From: an uncultured Clostridia bacterium
GTDB lineage: Bacteria; Bacillota; Clostridia; Monoglobales; Monoglobaceae
Assembly (NCBI GenBank): GCA_910580105.1
Contig: CAJTWN010000008.1
Location: 8,610 to 72,609, forward strand
DNA length: 64,000 nucleotides
Direction of reading: 5' to 3'
The notes under the pieces are model-generated. The model worked only from the letters and a program-made list of their open reading frames with translations. It was not told where the DNA came from and did no database searches. Numbering within the stretch: the first letter of the stretch is position 1; each line of letters starts with the position of its first letter. A program made the translations under genes and the position numbers. Shown in pieces: positions 23,443 through 33,672 of this stretch.

Positions 23443-23973
23443 CTACACTTTTTTTACTCTTTTTTCATCATAATGGCGGATGGTATCCACCAAATATGCT
23501 ATTGCCGAAAATGCCATAGCAAAAATCATTATAACTAACAGCGCATATGTACATACAGACGGCATCTGTCTCCATACAATGAATAAGAAAACAATGGCAT
23601 AAAAAACAACAGTTGCCGCTTTTCCGTACCAGTTAGAATGAACCACAATTTTACGAAGATACAATATTCCGCCAATCACAATCATAGATACTTCTTTAAC
23701 AATTACAATAATCAAAATCCAAAGAGGAATCACTTCGGCAATTACCAAACAAACAACTGCAGTTATCTGCATCAGTTTGTCCACAAACGGATCATAAACC
23801 TTTCCGAAATCAGTTATCATCTGATATTTTCTTGCAATATAGCCATCGATAATATCTGTAACCCCCGAAAGAGTAAAGACAACAGCTGCCGCCGCCGGAT
23901 GGCCGCCAAGAACCAAAAAGGCGAAGATTGGCACAAATATCAACCGCACAGTTGTTAAAATGTTTGGAATCAT
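23443..23973 (-). CDS. pgsA: CDP-diacylglycerol--glycerol-3-phosphate 3-phosphatidyltransferase
   Basis: CDP-alcohol phosphotransferase motif DGYIAR...G...D...D. 176 aa, polytopic. Confidence 0.9.
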   Translation of the reverse strand: MIPNILTTVRLIFVPIFAFLVLGGHPAAAAVVFTLSGVTDIIDGYIARKYQMITDFGKVYDPFVDKLMQITAVVCLVIAEVIPLWILIIVIVKEVSMIVIGGILYLRKIVVHSNWYGKAATVVFYAIVFLFIVWRQMPSVCTYALLVIMIFAMAFSAIAYLVDTIRHYDEKRVKKV

Positions 23974-24389
23974 GCCTCTTCACCTCTCAATTTCTCCATT
24001 ATTTTATAGATATGCGGATATTCTCGTTTCAAATTCAAAGGTTTTAACTCCGGCGTTGTAAAACCATGGGTCGTATAACCGGTCGCAAGCTCTTTCTGGT
24101 CTGAATCCCTTATTACACGATAACAGAAGATACATTTTGCAACTCCAAGTTTGGCAAGTTCCACCTCTATCCAAACATCATCTCCGTACCGGGCCCCCTC
24201 GATAAATTTTGCATAGCAATCAACCAAGGGAAGCCATACACCTTCTTTTTCAACCTGGTCATATGTCATACCGCCAGACTTAAAAAATTCCGTTCTTCCA
24301 ACTTCAAACCATGGAAAGTAACGGGAATGGTGAACGATTCCCATCCGGTCTGTTTCCGCATACCGCACCGAAATTTTGGTTCTGAACAT
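23970..24389 (-). CDS. acyl-CoA thioesterase (4HBT/YbgC family hot-dog fold)
   Basis: VRYAETDRMGIVHHSRY N-terminal motif. 139 aa. Confidence 0.8.
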   Translation of the reverse strand: MFRTKISVRYAETDRMGIVHHSRYFPWFEVGRTEFFKSGGMTYDQVEKEGVWLPLVDCYAKFIEGARYGDDVWIEVELAKLGVAKCIFCYRVIRDSDQKELATGYTTHGFTTPELKPLNLKREYPHIYKIMEKLRGEEA

Positions 24390-24408
24390 ACGTTCACTCC
24401 ATTTCTAG

Positions 24409-26166
24409 CTACATAATTTTAGCAACACCGCTGTATACCTGTCCGCGGGCACCATCTATCGTTATAATTGTTCCGTCTTTTAAAAGCTCTGTCGCTCCTT
24501 CAGCGCCGACAAGAACCGGAATATCCAACGTCATTCCCACAACAGCCGCATGAGAAGTCAATCCCGGTTGTTCTGCAATAATTGCAGAGGCTTTCCGCAA
24601 AACGGCAATAATATCATTTGAAGTCTCTGGAATAACCAGAATATCTCCATCTTTAAAATTCTTAATTGCTTCCGCATTATTTTTTGCAACGCAGACCGTA
24701 CCGCTGACCGATTTTCTGGAAGTTCCTGTTGCTGTCAGCAAAACATCCCCTACAAGCTGAACTTTTAAAATGTTGGTCGTACCGCTGACCCCAACAGGCG
24801 CACCGCCGGTCAAAACAACAATATCACCTTTATGTACAATGTTGGTCTGTTCCAAAGCTCTTTCAACAGCATGTTCAAACAGTGCATCAGATGTCTTTTT
24901 CATAGACGTCCGGATCGGTGTAACTCCCCAGGAAAGTCCCAGCTGCTGATACACCTTTTCCCGCATTGCTCCGGCAATGATAGGACAATTGGGCCGATAC
25001 CCAGAAATTGTCCGCGGCGTATAACCTGATTTCGTTACAGTAATAATTGCTGTGGCTCCCAAATCATGGGCAGTCGTACAGGTTGAGTGTCCAATTGCGT
25101 GCGTCACACTGATTTTCTCGGTCATGTGTACATTTTCAAACCGTTTAATATAGTTAATATCCCGCTCTGCCATACGGCAAATCTGCGCCATAGAACGCAG
25201 CGCCAGCACCGGATATTGCCCAACGGCAGTTTCACCGGAAAGCATAACCGCCGATGTTCCGTCATAGACCGCATTTGCCACATCCGAAGTTTCTGCACGA
25301 GTGGGCCTTGGGTTATGTGTCATAGACTCCAGCATTTGGGTCGCTGTAATTACCATCTTGCTGGAACTATAGCAACTTTCAATTAAAAATTTCTGAATTG
25401 CCGGCAGTTCCTCAAATGGGATTTCTACGCCCATATCCCCGCGGGCAACCATAATGCCATCGCTGACTTTCAGGATTTGTTCAATATTTTCAACACCTTC
25501 GCGGTTTTCAATTTTGGCAATAATTAGAATATCATTCCCGCCATTTTGTTCCAGTACACGTTTTACTTCCAATACATCGTAAGCAGAACGCACGAAGGAA
25601 GCCGCAATAAAATCAACGCCCTGCGAAATACCAAACTTGATATCTTCCACGTCTTTCTCACTCATATAGTCCATGGTTAAATGAACATCAGGAACATTAA
25701 TACTCTTATGGTTACTGACAGGGCCGCCATTCAAAACACGGCAGACAACTTTTTCCCCCTCAATGGCGGTAACCTTCATTTCAATCAAACCATCATCAAT
25801 CAAAATCCGGGTCCCAATCTGCACATCTTCCGCAAGCCCCGCATAAGAAATAGGGATAATTTCCTCTGTTCCCTCAAGTTCTTCCGGTGTCAAGGTAAGG
25901 AGCTGACCGGTTGTTAACATGACCTTTCCGTCTTTAAAATTTCCAGTCCGCACTTCCGGTCCTTTTGTATCAAGCAAAATTGGAATTGGAAGCTGCAGCT
26001 CTTCCCGCAATTTTTTCACCATATCAATTCGCTTTTTCTGCTCTTCATGTGTACCATGAGAAAAATTCAGGCGCGCCGTATTCATCCCTGCCTGCATCAA
26101 TTCCCGCAGAACAGCCGAATCATCTGTTGACGGACCAAGTGTACAAATAATTTTTGTCTTCCTCAT
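24409..26166 (-). CDS. pyk: pyruvate kinase with C-terminal PEP-utiliser mobile domain
   Basis: MRKTKIICTLGP, MVARGDMGVEIP, and a C-terminal LTSHAAVVG swivel-domain motif. 585 aa. Confidence 0.95.
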   Translation of the reverse strand: MRKTKIICTLGPSTDDSAVLRELMQAGMNTARLNFSHGTHEEQKKRIDMVKKLREELQLPIPILLDTKGPEVRTGNFKDGKVMLTTGQLLTLTPEELEGTEEIIPISYAGLAEDVQIGTRILIDDGLIEMKVTAIEGEKVVCRVLNGGPVSNHKSINVPDVHLTMDYMSEKDVEDIKFGISQGVDFIAASFVRSAYDVLEVKRVLEQNGGNDILIIAKIENREGVENIEQILKVSDGIMVARGDMGVEIPFEELPAIQKFLIESCYSSSKMVITATQMLESMTHNPRPTRAETSDVANAVYDGTSAVMLSGETAVGQYPVLALRSMAQICRMAERDINYIKRFENVHMTEKISVTHAIGHSTCTTAHDLGATAIITVTKSGYTPRTISGYRPNCPIIAGAMREKVYQQLGLSWGVTPIRTSMKKTSDALFEHAVERALEQTNIVHKGDIVVLTGGAPVGVSGTTNILKVQLVGDVLLTATGTSRKSVSGTVCVAKNNAEAIKNFKDGDILVIPETSNDIIAVLRKASAIIAEQPGLTSHAAVVGMTLDIPVLVGAEGATELLKDGTIITIDGARGQVYSGVAKIM

Positions 26167-26195
26167 ACTGTAAATTCCTCCAAATTTGACGCTAT

Positions 26196-26420
26196 TTATT
26201 TACCAACTTCAACAATTCCCATTTTCGTATACAGTTTCGCTCTGCCCCTGATTTTTATTGCAGAAGTCACTTCGGTAAACTGAGCAATGTACGCTTCGCC
26301 TTTATCTAATTTTTCTGTATGATGGAATTTAGTGTCTCTCCCCCGTGTCAAACCAATAATGGTCACACCATCCTCTTCCGCAACAATGGTAACATAATCA
26401 CCGCCGGTAACAGTCTCCAT
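26196..26420 (-). CDS. mtrB: trp RNA-binding attenuation protein (TRAP)
   Basis: 74 aa. Segment DGVTIIGLTRGRDTKFHHTEKLDKGEAYIAQFTEVTSAIKIRG is nearly identical in pattern to B. subtilis MtrB as I remember it. ATG at 26420 is preceded by AGGAG; the 105-aa track ORF is an upstream extension. Confidence 0.85.
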   Translation of the reverse strand: METVTGGDYVTIVAEEDGVTIIGLTRGRDTKFHHTEKLDKGEAYIAQFTEVTSAIKIRGRAKLYTKMGIVEVGK

Positions 26421-26483
26421 ATTTCTTCTCCTTTTTCCTTTATTTAACCCTTCAATTTCTAACAAATCTACTTTCACATTTAG

Positions 26484-26513
26484 ATTATAATATAGATAGG
26501 CAAAAAAAGTCAA
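26484..26513 (-). promoter_or_regulatory. candidate sigma-A promoter of mtrB(-pyk)
   Basis: Minus-strand TTGACT-18 nt-TATAAT. Confidence 0.5.
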
Positions 26514-26542
26514 GAAGCATCTGCGTTATTTTCAAATTTTTA

Positions 26543-26571
26543 TTGAAATTTAATTTTTCCTGTGATATACT
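26543..26571 (+). promoter_or_regulatory. candidate sigma-A promoter of ilvE
   Basis: TTGAAA-17 nt-TATACT with a TG extension (TGATATACT). Confidence 0.5.
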
Positions 26572-26633
26572 AGATAAGATAATAAAACTTTTGTAATATT
26601 ATGTATCAATGTTAAGAAAGAAGGCTCGTTACA

Positions 26634-27698
26634 ATGAACATCAGTATCACAAAAACAACAACACCCAGACCAAAGCCTGCGATGGAAAACCTGCCTTTTG
26701 GCAAATATTTTTCCGATCATATGTTTGTCATGGACTATACAGAGGGAAAAGGCTGGCATGATGCCCGAATCGTTCCTTATGGCCCAATTGCCCTGGATCC
26801 TTCCGCTATGGTATTCCACTATGCACAGGAAATTTTCGAAGGACTGAAAGCTTATAAAGCAAAAGACGGCCACGTGCGTCTCTTCCGTCCAAAGAAAAAT
26901 TTTGAGCGTATGAACATATCCTGCGAAAGAATTGCCATTCCTCAGATAGACGTTGACTTTTGTGTTGAGGCCCTCAAACAGCTGGTGGAACTTGACAGAG
27001 ACTGGATCCCTGAACAGGAAGGGGCATCTTTATACATCCGCCCCTTTATCATAGCAACAGATGAATATTTGGGCGTACGTCCTTCATCTACTTATAAATT
27101 CATGATTATTTGTTCACCCAGCGGCCTCTATTACCCGGAAGGTCTGGACCCCGTTAAAATTTATGTTGAAGACAACTATGTCCGCACCGTCCGCGGCGGT
27201 ACCGGCTTTACCAAAACCGGCGGCAACTATGCCGGCAGTATCAAAGCACAGGTCATTGCACATGAACGCGGGTATTCGCAAGTCTTATGGCTTGATGGTG
27301 TGGAACAAAAATATATTGAAGAAGTCGGTTCGATGAACATTTTCTTCAAAATTGACGGTGAAGTTGTCACCCCGATGTTAAACGGAAGTATACTCAGCGG
27401 TATTACCCGTATGTCCACCATTGAACTGTTGAAAAAGTGGGGAATTCCCGTTTCTGAACGTAAAATTTCCATCCAGGAAGTATATGATGCTTACCAAACG
27501 GGAAAACTGGAAGAGTGTTTCGGCACCGGCACGGCAGCAATCATTTCTCCTGTTGGAGAACTTCGGTGGGATGAACATGTTATGACCATCAACAACAACC
27601 AAATCGGTGAAATTACCCAGAGAATTTTTGATACCATCACCGGCATCCAAACGGGTACGATTGACGACGAAATGAATTGGGTCATTAAGGTTGACTAG
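26634..27698 (+). CDS. ilvE: branched-chain amino acid aminotransferase
   Basis: 354-aa class IV aminotransferase, long-form IlvE pattern (YAQEIFEGLKAYK, GTGTAAIISPV). Confidence 0.93.
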   Translation: MNISITKTTTPRPKPAMENLPFGKYFSDHMFVMDYTEGKGWHDARIVPYGPIALDPSAMVFHYAQEIFEGLKAYKAKDGHVRLFRPKKNFERMNISCERIAIPQIDVDFCVEALKQLVELDRDWIPEQEGASLYIRPFIIATDEYLGVRPSSTYKFMIICSPSGLYYPEGLDPVKIYVEDNYVRTVRGGTGFTKTGGNYAGSIKAQVIAHERGYSQVLWLDGVEQKYIEEVGSMNIFFKIDGEVVTPMLNGSILSGITRMSTIELLKKWGIPVSERKISIQEVYDAYQTGKLEECFGTGTAAIISPVGELRWDEHVMTINNNQIGEITQRIFDTITGIQTGTIDDEMNWVIKVD

Positions 27699-27726
27699 CA
27701 ATTATATTTTATAGCTTACATAAGAA

Positions 27727-27758
27727 AAGGGCGGCAGAATTGTCGCCCTTCTTAATTT
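27727..27758 (+). terminator. rho-independent terminator of ilvE
   Basis: AAGGGCG...CGCCCTT stem followed by a T-rich tail. Confidence 0.75.
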
Positions 27759-27798
27759 ATAATATCTCTTATATTTTTATTAAGAAAGGATGTTCGCT

Positions 27799-29280
27799 AT
27801 GAAACGCGGCAGCGGTATTCTCATGCACATTTCCTCCCTTCCCGGCCCCTATGGGATCGGTACATTGGGTAAAAACGCATACCAGTTTGTAGACTTTCTG
27901 GAAAAATCCGGCCAAAGTTACTGGCAGATTCTCCCTCTGGGGCCAACTACTTACGGAGACTCCCCCTATCAATCCTTTTCCACCTTTGCCGGAAATCCAT
28001 ACTTTATTGATTTTGATCTTCTTATAGATGAAGGCATTCTCTCCAAAAACGATTGTACCTTTTTTCCCTGGGATGAAAATCCTGAATTCATCAACTATTC
28101 TCTTCAATTTAACAATCGTTTTAAGGTCCTCCGTATTGCATATCAACAGGATAAAGATAACCATAAACATGAAATAATAAATTTCAGAAATCAAAACGCC
28201 AATTGGATAGAAGATTATGCCTTATATATGGCATTAAAATATGAAAATGACATGAAATCCTATCAATTATGGGAACCGTCGCTCAAAACCAAAGAACCGG
28301 AAGCAATTGCAAAAGCCTGTATTCGTCTCCAAGACGAAATCGATTTCTGGGTCTATATCCAATTTCTCTTTTTTAAGCAGTGGAATGCACTGAAAAAATA
28401 TGCCAACCAAAAGGGAATCCAAATTATCGGCGACCTGCCCATTTACGTTGCAGAAGACAGTGCAGACGCTTGGGCTTGTCACGAAATTTTACAGCTTAAT
28501 GAAAATCGCACACCTATTGCAGTGGCTGGCTGCCCACCTGACTATTTTGCCGAAAAAGGCCAGCTTTGGGGAAACCCACTTTATGATTGGAAAAAGCTGA
28601 AGGAAACAGGATATAGATGGTGGATTCAGCGAATACGTGCCGCCCTTTCCATGGTGGATATTCTGCGTATCGATCATTTCAGAGCATTTGATTCATATTA
28701 CGCCATTCCCTATGGCCGAAAAGACGCGGTCATTGGAAAATGGGAACCAGGACCAGGAAAAGATTTTTTTGATACGCTAGCTAAATCTTTTGGGAGAAAA
28801 CCAAATATTATTGCAGAAGACTTGGGTGATTTAACCGACTCCGTACGAGAACTTCTGCAATACACCAACTTTCCAGGCATGAAGGTTCTGCAGTTTGCCT
28901 TTCAACCGGGAGAAGACAACGACTATCTTCCCCATAATTGCCCCCACAACAGCGTCACATATATCGGAACGCATGATAATGATACTCTGCGGGGTTGGAT
29001 GGAAACCCAGCCTGAGGAAATTGCTTCTTTTGTAAAAGACTATATGCGCCTGGATAACACAGAGGGCTATCACATCGGATTTATCAAAGGATTGATGGCC
29101 ACCCCTTCGGATACGATTATTCTGACCATTCAGGATTTATTATACCTTGGAACGAATGCACGAATGAATACGCCGTCCACTATAGGATGTAATTGGCAGT
29201 GGCGTCTTCCGGACATCCGGCTCTTGTCCGGGACATTGGCTGAAACATTGCATAAAATCACCAAAACCTATCTTCGCTGA
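27799..29280 (+). CDS. malQ: 4-alpha-glucanotransferase (amylomaltase, GH77)
   Basis: [28 protein letters not shown] motifs. Alternative start at 27790. Confidence 0.93.
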   Translation: MKRGSGILMHISSLPGPYGIGTLGKNAYQFVDFLEKSGQSYWQILPLGPTTYGDSPYQSFSTFAGNPYFIDFDLLIDEGILSKNDCTFFPWDENPEFINYSLQFNNRFKVLRIAYQQDKDNHKHEIINFRNQNANWIEDYALYMALKYENDMKSYQLWEPSLKTKEPEAIAKACIRLQDEIDFWVYIQFLFFKQWNALKKYANQKGIQIIGDLPIYVAEDSADAWACHEILQLNENRTPIAVAGCPPDYFAEKGQLWGNPLYDWKKLKETGYRWWIQRIRAALSMVDILRIDHFRAFDSYYAIPYGRKDAVIGKWEPGPGKDFFDTLAKSFGRKPNIIAEDLGDLTDSVRELLQYTNFPGMKVLQFAFQPGEDNDYLPHNCPHNSVTYIGTHDNDTLRGWMETQPEEIASFVKDYMRLDNTEGYHIGFIKGLMATPSDTIILTIQDLLYLGTNARMNTPSTIGCNWQWRLPDIRLLSGTLAETLHKITKTYLR

Positions 29281-29372
29281 ACTGTGAATTTTTTCTTGCT
29301 TATTTCTATTCAAAATGCTATAATAGTAAAAGTTATCCGCAAAATCAGACAAAACCGAAAGGAGCGTTTCTT

Positions 29373-32000
29373 ATGGCAAAAGAACTTCCAAAAACATATG
29401 ACCCGAAGCAGGTCGAACAAAAAATTTATGATACCTGGGTTGAAAAAGGTTATTTTCATGCTGAGGTTGACCATGATAAAAAACCATTCACCATCGTCAT
29501 TCCTCCGCCAAATGTCACCGGCCAATTGCATATGGGGCACGCATTGGATGAAACCTTTCAGGATATTTTAATCCGTACAAAACGGATGCAGGGCTATAAT
29601 GCTCTTTGGATTCCGGGAACCGACCACGCCGGTATCGCCACGCAAATTAAGGTGGAAGAAGATATTCGCGTTAATGAAGGTCTTACCCGTTATGATCTTG
29701 GCCGTGAAGAATTTTTGAATCGGGTCTGGGCTTGGAAAGAAAAATTCGGCGACCGTATCATTAATCAGTTAAAAAAAATCGGTTGTTCCTGCGACTGGGA
29801 CAGGGAACGGTTTACCATGGATGAAGGCTGTTCAAAAGCAGTAAAAGAAGTTTTTGTCAATCTTTACAACAAAGGCCTCATTTACCAGGGGTCCCGTATC
29901 ATCAACTGGTGTCCGCACTGTATCACCGCACTCTCTGATGCGGAGGTTGAACACGAGGAACAGGCCGGACACTTCTGGCACATCAAATATCCAATCAAAG
30001 ACGATGACGGTTACGTAATCATAGCCACCACCCGTCCGGAAACTCTTCTCGGCGATACTGCTGTTGCCGTCAATCCGGAAGATGAACGCTATCAGGATTT
30101 GATTGGCAAGACATTGATTCTTCCCCTGGTTAATCGAGAAATCCCTGTAATCGCAGACGCGTATGTTGACAAAGAATTTGGTACCGGCTGTGTAAAAATT
30201 ACACCTGCCCATGACCCCAACGACTTCGAGGTCGGACAACGCCATCATCTGGAACAAATCCGCATAATGAATGATGATGCGACCATCAACAGTTATGGCG
30301 GCAAATATGAAGGAATGGATCGCTATGAAGCAAGAAAGGCAATCGTAAAGGATCTGGAAGACCTTGGCCTCCTTGTCAAAGTTGAAGATCATAGCCATAA
30401 CGTTGGCCAATGTTACCGCTGCGGTACAACTGTAGAGCCTATCACTTCTAAGCAATGGTTTGTAAAGATGAAACCTTTGGCACAGCCAGCCATTGATGCT
30501 GTAAAAAACGGCGATACAAATTTTGTTCCTGAACACTTTGAAAAAGTATATTTCCACTGGCTGGAAAATATCCGCGACTGGTGTATTTCCCGTCAGCTGT
30601 GGTGGGGACACCAGATACCAGCCTTTTACTGTGATGACTGCGGTGAAATGGTTGTAACCAAGGAAGATTCTCCTGTATGTTCCAAATGCGGCAAACCAAT
30701 GCGGCAAGACCCAGACACACTGGACACCTGGTTCAGTTCTGCTCTCTGGCCTTTTTCAACCTTGGGATGGCCGGACAAAACACCGGAACTTGCATATTTC
30801 TATCCGACCAGCACATTAGTCACCGGATATGACATCATCCCCTTCTGGGTTATGCGAATGATGTTCTCCGGCCTGGAACATACCGGTCAGGTTCCCTTCC
30901 GCGATGTGTACATCCATGGTCTTGTCCGTGACAGTCAGGGCAGAAAGATGAGCAAATCCCTGGGCAATGGTATTGACCCTCTTGAAATTATAGACCAATA
31001 CGGTGCAGATGCTCTGCGCTTTACCCTTGCAACCGGTAATTCACCGGGCAACGATATGCGCTTTTATATTGAACGTGTAGAAGCGAGCCGGAACTTTGCA
31101 AACAAAATTTGGAATGCTTCCCGTTTTGTTCTTATGAACCTGAATATAACAGATTATGTGATTCCAGACAAAAATGCGCTTTGCCTGGAGGATCAATGGA
31201 TCCTTTCCGAATATAATACACTTGTCAAAGAAGTGACTGAAAACTTGGATAAGTACGAGCTTGGAATTGCCGTTTCCAAACTCTATGACTTCATTTGGGA
31301 TAAATTCTGTGACTGGTATATCGAACTTGTAAAACCTCGTTTCTTTGAAGAAGGAGAAAGTAATGTTACTGCACAGCAGGTTTTGGTCTATGTTCTTTCC
31401 AATACGCTGAAACTTCTGCATCCCTTTATGCCTTTTATTACCGAAGAGATTTGGCAGGCTCTGCCTCACGACGGCGAGAGCATAATGATTTCTGATTTCC
31501 CGGTCTATAATGACTGCTGGAAAAACACAAAAGCTGAACAGGATATGCAGCTTATTATGGGAGCGATTAAGGGCGTACGAAACATTCGCAGTGAAATGAA
31601 TGTACCGCCCTCTAAAAAATCAAAACTTTTTATCATTACTGATGAAAAAGAAATTTTCCTTCAGGGAGAAAAATTCTATCAAAAATTAGCTTCCGCTTCT
31701 GATGTTGCATTTTGCGGCAATGCTTCTGAAGCACCGGAAAACAGCGTTTCTGTCGTTGTTGAAGGCGCCGAAATACGGATGCCCCTTGATGAACTGGTTG
31801 ACCGAGAAAAAGAAATCATCCGTTTGGAAAAGGAACAAAAACGTTTAGAAGGTGAAATCAAACGCGTTGAAGGCAAATTAAACAACAAAGGATTCACAGA
31901 AAAAGCTCCCGCCCATGTGGTTGAAGAAGAACGCAAAAAAGGTGAAAGCTATCAGGAGATGTTGGAAAAAGTAATTGAAAGCCTTGCAAAATTAAAATAA
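29373..32000 (+). CDS. valS: valine--tRNA ligase
   Basis: HIGH-type motif (GQLHMGHA), KMSKS, and a C-terminal coiled coil. 875 aa. Upstream TTGCTT-17-TATAAT promoter at about 29297..29325. Confidence 0.97.
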   Translation: MAKELPKTYDPKQVEQKIYDTWVEKGYFHAEVDHDKKPFTIVIPPPNVTGQLHMGHALDETFQDILIRTKRMQGYNALWIPGTDHAGIATQIKVEEDIRVNEGLTRYDLGREEFLNRVWAWKEKFGDRIINQLKKIGCSCDWDRERFTMDEGCSKAVKEVFVNLYNKGLIYQGSRIINWCPHCITALSDAEVEHEEQAGHFWHIKYPIKDDDGYVIIATTRPETLLGDTAVAVNPEDERYQDLIGKTLILPLVNREIPVIADAYVDKEFGTGCVKITPAHDPNDFEVGQRHHLEQIRIMNDDATINSYGGKYEGMDRYEARKAIVKDLEDLGLLVKVEDHSHNVGQCYRCGTTVEPITSKQWFVKMKPLAQPAIDAVKNGDTNFVPEHFEKVYFHWLENIRDWCISRQLWWGHQIPAFYCDDCGEMVVTKEDSPVCSKCGKPMRQDPDTLDTWFSSALWPFSTLGWPDKTPELAYFYPTSTLVTGYDIIPFWVMRMMFSGLEHTGQVPFRDVYIHGLVRDSQGRKMSKSLGNGIDPLEIIDQYGADALRFTLATGNSPGNDMRFYIERVEASRNFANKIWNASRFVLMNLNITDYVIPDKNALCLEDQWILSEYNTLVKEVTENLDKYELGIAVSKLYDFIWDKFCDWYIELVKPRFFEEGESNVTAQQVLVYVLSNTLKLLHPFMPFITEEIWQALPHDGESIMISDFPVYNDCWKNTKAEQDMQLIMGAIKGVRNIRSEMNVPPSKKSKLFIITDEKEIFLQGEKFYQKLASASDVAFCGNASEAPENSVSVVVEGAEIRMPLDELVDREKEIIRLEKEQKRLEGEIKRVEGKLNNKGFTEKAPAHVVEEERKKGESYQEMLEKVIESLAKLK

Positions 32001-32045
32001 GCACATAATATTCTCCCATAAAAATTGAATTTAACGCCAAAAATA

Positions 32046-32090
32046 AAAGAAAGAGATGAACATTTTGTTTGTATCTCTTTCTTTTTTATT
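32046..32090 (+). terminator. rho-independent terminator of valS
   Basis: AAAGAAAGAGAT/ATCTCTTTCTTT 12-bp stem plus a T-run. Confidence 0.8.
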
Positions 32091-32201
32091 ATCTTATTTT
32101 TCTTCTATTTTAATGTAACACGTTCAAGAGCATATTGGCCGTCATATAAATATTCCTCTGTATTTATGGTAAAATAAACGGGAAAGGAAGTTGATGGTAT
32201 T

Positions 32202-33050
32202 ATGAAAAAACATTTGACAAAAAACATGTTGACAGAATTCAGACAGCATCTAATTGATGATGAAAAATCCTCTGCCACACTGGAAAAATATATGCGGGAT
32301 TTAAAAACATTTTATTTGTGGCTAAACAACAGAAAATTGGAAAAAAGTATCGTGATTGCATACAAAGAATATCTGATTAATAATTATCAAACCACAAGTG
32401 TAAATTCTATGCTTTCTTCGTTAAATAGTTTTTTCGTTTTCAATGGTTGGTATGCGTTGAAAGTAAAAACAATAAAGACACAAAAACAACTGTTCATCCC
32501 GTCCGAGAAAGAACTAACAAAAAATGAATATGAAAGACTATTAAGAACCGCATACAATAAAAAGAATAAACGCTTATATTATATCATGCAAACTATTTGC
32601 GCCAGCGGGATACGAATATCTGAACTGCAGTTTATTACGGTTGAAGCGGTAAAAAGCAAAAAAGCCGAAGTAAGATGCAAAGGAAAAAACCGAACCATTA
32701 TCCTGCCTGACAGTTTATGTAAAATCCTGAATAATTATATAAAAGAAAGACATATAAAAAACGGCTGTATTTTCATAACAAAAAATGGAACGCCTATCAA
32801 TCGTTCAAACATATGGACAGACATGAAAAAATTATGCGATGAGGCCCAGGTTTCCCATTCCAAAGTTTTTCCTCATAATCTCCGCCATTTATTTGCTCGC
32901 ACTTTTTATTCCCAGCAAAAAGATATTGTCCGCCTGGCTGATATACTTGGCCATTCAAATATGAATACCACACGAATTTATACCATTGAAAGCGGAGACA
33001 TACACAGACAGATTCTTCAAAAGCTTGACCTTGTTTGTCCGTATATATAA
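32202..33050 (+). CDS. tyrosine site-specific recombinase (phage-integrase/Xer family)
   Basis: SAM-like N-domain and catalytic signature R (SGIRISEL), HNLRHLF, LGHSNMNTTRIY. 282 aa. Confidence 0.85.
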   Translation: MKKHLTKNMLTEFRQHLIDDEKSSATLEKYMRDLKTFYLWLNNRKLEKSIVIAYKEYLINNYQTTSVNSMLSSLNSFFVFNGWYALKVKTIKTQKQLFIPSEKELTKNEYERLLRTAYNKKNKRLYYIMQTICASGIRISELQFITVEAVKSKKAEVRCKGKNRTIILPDSLCKILNNYIKERHIKNGCIFITKNGTPINRSNIWTDMKKLCDEAQVSHSKVFPHNLRHLFARTFYSQQKDIVRLADILGHSNMNTTRIYTIESGDIHRQILQKLDLVCPYI

Positions 33051-33053
33051 AAA

Positions 33054-33075
33054 AACAACATAATTTGTATTATGT
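33054..33075. repeat. left arm of a perfect 22-bp inverted repeat (AACAACATAATTTGTATTATGT)
   Basis: Exact reverse complement of 33276..33297, checked base by base. Begins 3 bp after the recombinase stop codon. Confidence 0.95.
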
Positions 33076-33113
33076 CGTTGAATAAACTTTTAAAATACAT
33101 ATGAATTTTTTTT

Positions 33114-33142
33114 ATTATAGCATCCGAATTATTTTTTGTCAA
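33114..33142 (-). promoter_or_regulatory. perfect consensus sigma-A promoter inside the IR-bounded segment, currently firing leftwards
   Basis: Minus-strand TTGACA (33142..33137), 17 nt, TATAAT (33119..33114). Confidence 0.7.
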
Positions 33143-33275
33143 TAAATTCTGGAATTTTCACATATAGGCTTCCTGTTTTCAGACCAAAGGCAAAAATATA
33201 CTATGCCATGGTTTAATTCGTGTGAAAAAATGATACAAACTTGTGTTTTTAAGCCACAACTATCATTGCCTTAGT

Positions 33276-33297
33276 ACATAATACAAATTATGTTGTT
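33276..33297. repeat. right arm of the 22-bp inverted repeat
   Basis: ACATAATACAAATTATGTTGTT is the reverse complement of 33054..33075. Confidence 0.95.
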
Positions 33298-33379
33298 AAT
33301 TAAAAGTAACTTTGAAAGTACAACTCAAATTGGTTACAATCCAATATTTAAAACTTATGATTGAAAGAGGCGAATAACA

Positions 33380-33604
33380 TTGGATGATTTGTTTGAAAAA
33401 ATGAAACAGTATGCAAATTGTAAGTATATATCAGATTTAAAATTTGGAGATGCAAACAAAACAGCAAAAAAAATGCTGAAAGAAATAGATGTGACTGAAT
33501 ACTCTTTATCCACTCTAAATGATGTTGCTGAGTATTTATTCGAAAACAAACAAACTTTTCATAATATTCAACAGGCAAGCATATTTTTCAAAACATACAA
33601 ATAA
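33380..33604 (+). CDS. hypothetical 74-aa protein (TTG start)
   Basis: ORF with AAGAGG 9 nt upstream of the TTG, followed by a terminator. No family recognised. Confidence 0.4.
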   Translation: MDDLFEKMKQYANCKYISDLKFGDANKTAKKMLKEIDVTEYSLSTLNDVAEYLFENKQTFHNIQQASIFFKTYK

Positions 33605-33672
33605 AAAATACTGTGTTACTTTATCAGGTATCCCCCCTCCTTTCAGACTTATCTGATAACGTCTTTCGATAC

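Noticed and set aside
26421-26633. TRAP-binding (G/U)AG triplet array in the mtrB or ilvE leaders.
   Set aside because: Only a few scattered TAG/GAG triplets with irregular 5-6 nt spacing are present. This is well short of the 9-11 regularly spaced repeats needed.
32202-33050. The integrase as a marker of a prophage or integrative island, given tRNA-Pro at 23308 and the AT-rich DNA downstream.
   Set aside because: No phage or conjugation genes flank it, and no att-like direct repeats of the tRNA 3' end are present. It lies 9 kb from the tRNA with housekeeping genes between. The adjacent IR-flanked promoter fits an inversion switch better.
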